Shown here: piece after piece, positions 1 to 3,625 of the stretch
How the letters are laid out: every line of letters begins with the position of its first letter
Numbering within the stretch: the stretch's first letter is position 1
DNA from: Paramicrosporidium saccamoebae KSL3
Taxonomy: Eukaryota > Fungi > Cryptomycota
Direction of reading: 5' to 3'
Assembly: GCA_002794465.1 (NCBI GenBank)
Contig: MTSL01000056.1
Span: 1 to 5,239, forward strand
Length of the DNA: 5,239 bases
Made by a program: the position numbers and the translations under genes
The notes under the pieces: generated by a model
Seen by the model: the letters and a program-made list of their open reading frames with translations, nothing else
What the model was told of the DNA's origin: nothing
Databases searched by the model: none

Positions 1-1931
1 GATGCGGTGGATGTACTTAATGCAGTGGATGTAGTAGATATCGCCGTCTCAGAGCTCCCACTACTTGACTCTTGTACTGAGGATACAGTGGATGTAATGG
101 ATAGCGCTGTTTCAGAGCTCATACTGCTTGATTCCTGTTCCGAGGATGAGTCCGATGCACGAGATGTACTGGACACATCGGATTCAGTCGAGGTAGTGGA
201 GGGAATCTCTTCAGAGGTACTGACGTTTACTGGATCAATCGTCAAAGTGGTGGATGGCGTAGTAGTTTGTGCCACAGAGCTGCTATGACTTGATGACGGA
301 TTGGAAGTAGTAGGCGTCGTCTCAGGAGTAGTAGGCGGTGTAGTAGTGGGAGTAGTCGTAAATGTAGTAGATGCTCCTGCAGAGCTACTACTGCTCGTTG
401 ATGGATCGGAAGAAGTAGTAGGCGTTGTCATGGGAGTGGTAGTAGATGCCCCTTCAGAGCTACTACTGTTCGATGACGAAATAGTGGTAGTAGGCGTCGT
501 CATAGGAGTAGTGGTCGGAGTAGTCGTTGATGTGGTAGGTGCTTCTCCAGAGGTACTACTATTTGACGGTGGATCTGAAGAAGTAGTAGGTGTTGTTACA
601 GGAGTGGTAGAAGGTGTAGTAGACGGCACTACTGAAGAACTACCACTGCTTGATGGCTGATCCGAAGACGTAGTAGGTGTTGTGATTGGTGTAGTAGTCG
701 ATGTAGTAGCAGGAGTGGTAGTCAATGTAGTAGTAAGAGTGGTAATCGTTACGGTGGAACTACCATCGCTCAATGACTGTGAGGAGGAAGTAGTCGGAGT
801 AGTGATGGGAGTCGTCGTCGGTGTGGTAGCGGGAGTGGTAGTCAATGTAGTAATAGCGGTGGTAGGTGCTACACTGGAACTACCATCACTCGATGACTGT
901 GATGGCGAGGTAGTCGGTGTAGTGGTAGCCGGAGTGGTGGTAAGAGTCACAGTAGAGCTACCGCCGCTTGATGACTGTAATGACGAAGTAGTCGGAGTAG
1001 TGATGGGAGTTGTCGTCAGTGTGGTGAGGGGAGTAGTCGTCGGTGTGGTGATGGGAGTAGTCGTCGGTGTGGTGGTGGGAGTAGTCGTTATTGTGGTGGT
1101 AGGAGTGGTAGTCGGTGTAGTGGTGGGAGTGGTAGTCAATGTAGTAGAAGTGGTAGGTGTTGCACTGGAACTATCATCGTTCGATGACTGTGATGAAGAA
1201 GTAGGTGTAGTAACCGGCGTAGTGGTGAGAGCGGTAGTAGGGGTTACAGTAGGACTACCACTGCCTGATGACTGTAATGACGAAGTAGTCGGAGTAGTAA
1301 TCGGCGTGGTGGTGGGCGTAGTGGCTGGAGTGGTACTAGACGTCCCACTAGGACTACCACCGCTCGAAGGCTGCGATGACATAGTAGTCGGGGTAGTGAT
1401 GGGAGTAGTAATTGGTGTAGTAGTGGGCGTTGTTGTAGGCGTGGTAGTTTGTGCAGTAGTGGCTGGAGTGGTACTAGGCGTCACACTAGGACTACCACTG
1501 CCTGAAGACTGTGATGACGTAGTAGTCGGTGTAGTGATGGGAGTGGTCCTCGGTGTAGTAGTGGGGGTTGAAGTAGGTGGGGTAGTTCGCACAGTAGTGG
1601 TTGGAGTGGTACTAGGTGTTACATTAGGACTGCCACTGCTTGAAGACTGTGATGCTAAAGTAGTGGGAGTCGTCGTCGCCGGTGTAGTGGATAGCACAGC
1701 CTGGGGAGCACTGCTGCTTGAGGACGGAGTGACGACAGCTAAATGATTGTCCAGGATCAGCTCAACCAGATCTACAACCGGGCCGATAATATTCTCCATT
1801 GTTCGTGGTCCAGCATCCCTCAAAGTTTGCTCTTCGCGTGACACCTTGCCATTGCCTCGAGAGCTCTGCACCTGGCGTCCCTCGATAGGGATGGCAGCCA
1901 GCAAAAGTAGCAAGATAGAAATAAAGCGCAT
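1..1931 (-). CDS. Secreted Thr/Pro/Ser-rich mucin-like (probably O-glycosylated) surface or wall protein, 3'-partial (>643 aa)
   Basis: Manual translation: ATG at 1931-1929, with an in-frame TGA just upstream (1940-1938) and no stop down to the window edge. It begins MRFISILLLLLAAIPIEG-RQVQSSRGNGKVSREEQTLRDAGPRTMENIIGPVVDLVELILDNHLAVVTPSSSSAPQAVLSTTPATTTPTT, continues as (TTP)n/SSQSSSGSS repeats, and ends in-window with SSETAISTTSTALSTSTA. There is a hydrophobic signal peptide and a TATAAA 53 nt upstream. Not in the ORF track. Confidence 0.92.
   Translation of the reverse strand, partial: MRFISILLLLLAAIPIEGRQVQSSRGNGKVSREEQTLRDAGPRTMENIIGPVVDLVELILDNHLAVVTPSSSSSAPQAVLSTTPATTTPTTLASQSSSSGSPNVTPSTTPTTTVRTTPPTSTPTTTPRTTPITTPTTTSSQSSGSGSPSVTPSTTPATTAQTTTPTTTPTTTPITTPITTPTTMSSQPSSGGSPSGTSSTTPATTPTTTPITTPTTSSLQSSGSGSPTVTPTTALTTTPVTTPTSSSQSSNDDSSSATPTTSTTLTTTPTTTPTTTPTTTITTTPTTTPTTTPITTPTTTPLTTLTTTPITTPTTSSLQSSSGGSSTVTLTTTPATTTPTTSPSQSSSDGSSSVAPTTAITTLTTTPATTPTTTPITTPTTSSSQSLSDGSSTVTITTLTTTLTTTPATTSTTTPITTPTTSSDQPSSSGSSSVVPSTTPSTTPVTTPTTSSDPPSNSSTSGEAPTTSTTTPTTTPMTTPTTTISSSNSSSSEGASTTTPMTTPTTSSDPSTSSSSSAGASTTFTTTPTTTPPTTPETTPTTSNPSSSHSSSVAQTTTPSTTLTIDPVNVSTSEEIPSTTSTESDVSSTSRASDSSSEQESSSMSSETALSITSTVSSVQESSSGSSETAISTTSTALSTSTA
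23..142 (-). repeat. Second coding repeat class, 63-bp (21-aa) unit, two copies: QESSSxSSETAxSxTST
   Basis: cagtggatgta occurs at 23 and 86, and tcagagctc at 49 and 112. Translation: QESSSMSSETALSITSTVSSV / QESSSGSSETAISTTSTALST. Confidence 0.8.
250..1700 (-). repeat. Degenerate coding tandem repeat, about 13 units of (TTP)n Thr/Pro tract plus Ser-rich linker (TTSSxQSSSGSSSV-like)
   Basis: The anchor gactgt or a variant recurs at about 1645, 1507, 1369, 1270, 1186, 973, 895, 775, 655, 565, 475, 400 and 295. Spacings (138, 138, 99, 84, 213, 78, 120, 120, 90, 90, 75, 105) are all multiples of 3. Confidence 0.85.
1878..1931 (-). other. Predicted signal peptide of the mucin-like protein (aa 1-18)
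   Basis: MRFISILLLLLAAIPIEG has a basic n-region, a Leu-rich h-region and a small residue (G) at the likely -1 position. The cleavage site was estimated by eye. Confidence 0.85.
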
Positions 1932-1983
1932 GTGCGATCAAACTACACGTCACTGTGTCGGGTGACTTGCAGCTGACCGTCTG

Positions 1984-1989
1984 TTTATA
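1984..1989 (-). promoter_or_regulatory. Candidate TATA box of the mucin-like gene
   Basis: TATAAA on the minus strand, about 53 nt upstream of the ATG. Confidence 0.55.
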
Positions 1990-2012
1990 ACGCCAGTTCC
2001 CAAGTCCAAACG

Positions 2013-2096
2013 GCCAATCAATGTGCCCAGATTGATGAATTTAATCATTAACATCATTCGCCAGATAGTAATGAAATTCCTCTATACATGATTGGC
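2013..2096. promoter_or_regulatory. Inverted pair of CCAAT boxes (NF-Y/HAP-type GCCAATCA)
   Basis: GCCAATCA at 2013-2020 (+) and TGATTGGC at 2089-2096 (GCCAATCA on -), both upstream of the TATA. A third, ACCAATCA, lies at 2285-2292. Confidence 0.5.
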
Positions 2097-2198
2097 TGGG
2101 CCGCTTAGGGGAGAGGAGGTCACTACGGACCTGGTTCCCGTTATTTACTTGGCGAGGTAGGGAACCCTTAACAATTGATTACACTCTAGATTCTTGGC

Positions 2199-2243
2199 AA
2201 TTTATCACTTTCACACCCATAAAAATCTATCACTTTCACACTC
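2199..2243. repeat. Direct repeat, 14-bp perfect core TATCACTTTCACAC x2, 25-bp period
   Basis: Cores at 2203-2216 and 2228-2241. The match extends to AAT(T/C)TATCACTTTCACAC(C/T)C at 2199-2218 and 2224-2243. Confidence 0.85.
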
Positions 2244-2359
2244 TTAACAATCGACCGCCCTTCACATTCATAACAACCCCCCACACCAATCAACCCACCA
2301 TTACACACACAGAGTCCTTCTTTAGCGATTGCAATAAATAAAGTGTATTGGGTGCAGAG

Positions 2360-3340
2360 TTAGTGGGTTTCGTGTTCAGCAAGAAAGTGCTCACAGTCAA
2401 GGGCAGCCATACATCCAGTACCGGCTGCAGTGATGGCCTGTCGATAACGCTTATCTTGCACATCGCCGGCCGCAAATACACCAGGAACACTAGTAACAGT
2501 GGTGCCGGGCTGAGTTAAAACATATCCAGTCTCGTCCGTCTTCAACTGATTGCTAAGGAACTTTGTGTTGGGCTCGTGTCCAATTGCAAAGAACAATCCA
2601 CCGGCCTCCATGATCCGTGTCTCGCCAGTCTTCAAGTCCTTGACGTGACAATTGGTAAGAATTTTGCCATCGCCATCGGCCTTTTCAACTACGTGTGAGT
2701 AAAGAAATTCAATCTTGGGATTGTTCTTGGCACGCTCCTGCATAACCTTGGAGGCTCGCAGCTCGTCTCGGCGGTGGACAATATACACTTTGGAAGCAAA
2801 CTTTGTCAAATATGTGGCCTCCTCCATGGCAGAGTCACCACCACCAATTACAAAGAGAAACTTGTCGCGAAAGATTGGCAGTGCTCCGTCACACACTGCA
2901 CAGGCACTCACCCCGCGTTGCCAGTACTCATTCTCTCCAGTTCCGGGAATCTTCATGCGCTTTGCGGTAGCACCGGTAGCAATGATCAGAGTCTCAGCCT
3001 TCATTGCGCCAACAGACGAATTCACCGTAAAGGGACGTTCAGAGAGGTCAACTGAATCAACCGTCTCTGAGATAATGGTAGTGCCACATCGGACGCTCTG
3101 AGCCCGACATCTATCCATAAGCTCTGGTCCCATGACACCATCAGGGAAGCCAGGAAAGTTCTCTACATCAGTAGTAGTGGTAAGTTGTCCTCCAGCTGCC
3201 ACTCCACCGGCCAAGAAGCCCTCAAAGAGCACAGGACGGAGATTGGCACGGGCAGCGTATATGGCGGCGGTGTGAGCTGCGGGACCACTGCCAATAATAA
3301 CGACAGGATGGATAGTGGGCACGTTGTTTTCAAGGGCCAT
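2360..3340 (-). CDS. TRR1: NADPH-dependent thioredoxin reductase, low-molecular-weight (fungal/plant NTR type), 326 aa
   Basis: FAD motif [22 protein letters not shown], redox-active CAVC (C147/C150, nt 2891-2902) followed by [13 protein letters not shown] motif [19 protein letters not shown], and [24 protein letters not shown]. It is colinear with yeast Trr1 as I recall that sequence. Kozak context ACC-ATG-G; no introns evident. Confidence 0.97.
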   Translation of the reverse strand: MALENNVPTIHPVVIIGSGPAAHTAAIYAARANLRPVLFEGFLAGGVAAGGQLTTTTDVENFPGFPDGVMGPELMDRCRAQSVRCGTTIISETVDSVDLSERPFTVNSSVGAMKAETLIIATGATAKRMKIPGTGENEYWQRGVSACAVCDGALPIFRDKFLFVIGGGDSAMEEATYLTKFASKVYIVHRRDELRASKVMQERAKNNPKIEFLYSHVVEKADGDGKILTNCHVKDLKTGETRIMEAGGLFFAIGHEPNTKFLSNQLKTDETGYVLTQPGTTVTSVPGVFAAGDVQDKRYRQAITAAGTGCMAALDCEHFLAEHETH

Positions 3341-3425
3341 GGTACTGAAGGGAGTAGAGAGAAATGCAACTCGGGGTGCAAATTTGAAGAGACTGCGACG
3401 GAAAATCGAAGCCAGCTTATGGCAA

Positions 3426-3433
3426 TTTATATA
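3426..3433 (-). promoter_or_regulatory. Candidate TATA box of TRR1
   Basis: TATATAAA on the minus strand, about 85 nt upstream of the ATG. Confidence 0.55.
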
Positions 3434-3436
3434 ATC

Positions 3437-3460
3437 TTAGCTCTTCATATAGGAGGCCAT
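3437..3460 (-). other. Short upstream ORF (MASYMKS*) in frame with TRR1
   Basis: ATG GCC TCC TAT ATG AAG AGC TAA. The ATG is 120 nt upstream of the TRR1 ATG and in the same frame. Transcription of this segment is not shown. Confidence 0.35.
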
Positions 3461-3470
3461 GGGCTAAGGC

Positions 3471-3613
3471 CCTCAATAAATGGTCTACCATGGCTACACA
3501 ATGGGCACAAGTCCCCAGTAAATGGTCCATCACGGATGCAGTTCCCTAATAAAGGATCTTTATTACAAATATCACGAGTATATCTACGGATCAAAGGCCC
3601 CAATAAATAGTCC
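3471..3613. repeat. Three dispersed copies of the 16-mer CCYCARTAAATRGTCY
   Basis: CCTCAATAAATGGTCT (3471-3486), CCCCAGTAAATGGTCC (3513-3528) and CCCCAATAAATAGTCC (3598-3613). Confidence 0.7.
3547..3565. terminator. Inverted repeat carrying AATAAA on both strands; candidate poly(A) signal for the 3626 gene
   Basis: TAATAAAG-GAT-CTTTATTA (8-bp arms). The minus-strand AATAAA at 3559-3564 lies about 60 nt after the stop at 3626. Confidence 0.45.
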
Positions 3614-3625
3614 TTGCCACATACC

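Noticed and set aside
250-1700. CRISPR-like or satellite interpretation of the periodic gtagtagt/gactgt pattern
   Set aside because: The repeats are degenerate, all spacings are multiples of 3, and they lie within an open reading frame. There are no identical repeats with unique spacers and no cas genes.
7-1746. Val/Gly-rich plus-strand ORFs (7-288, 301-660, 682-1746)
   Set aside because: They are the antisense shadow of the Thr/Pro/Ser codons on the minus strand (ACN appears as NGT). They have GTG/TTG starts and no plausible protein features, whereas the minus frame has an ATG, a signal peptide and a TATA box.
1-1965. Plus frame 1 interrupted only by three TGA codons, suggesting selenocysteine or UGA recoding
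   Set aside because: This follows from the biased codon use of the real minus-strand gene. TRR1 and gene 3 read normally in the standard code, and there is no other evidence of recoding.
1747-1965. Short ORFs 1747-1965 (+) and 1762-1953 (-)
   Set aside because: They overlap the mucin N-terminus antisense or out of frame, have non-ATG starts and show no recognisable motifs.
2360-3340. Bacterial trxB in an operon
   Set aside because: The sequence carries eukaryote-type features ([24 protein letters not shown]). The context has Kozak, TATA and CCAAT signals with no Shine-Dalgarno, and the neighbours have signal-peptide/mucin and GPI features.
2290-3610. ORFs overlapping TRR1 (2290-2490, 2715-3101, 2774-3055, 3163-3381, 3185-3610)
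   Set aside because: These are alternative-frame or antisense by-products of a conserved gene and have no domain signatures.
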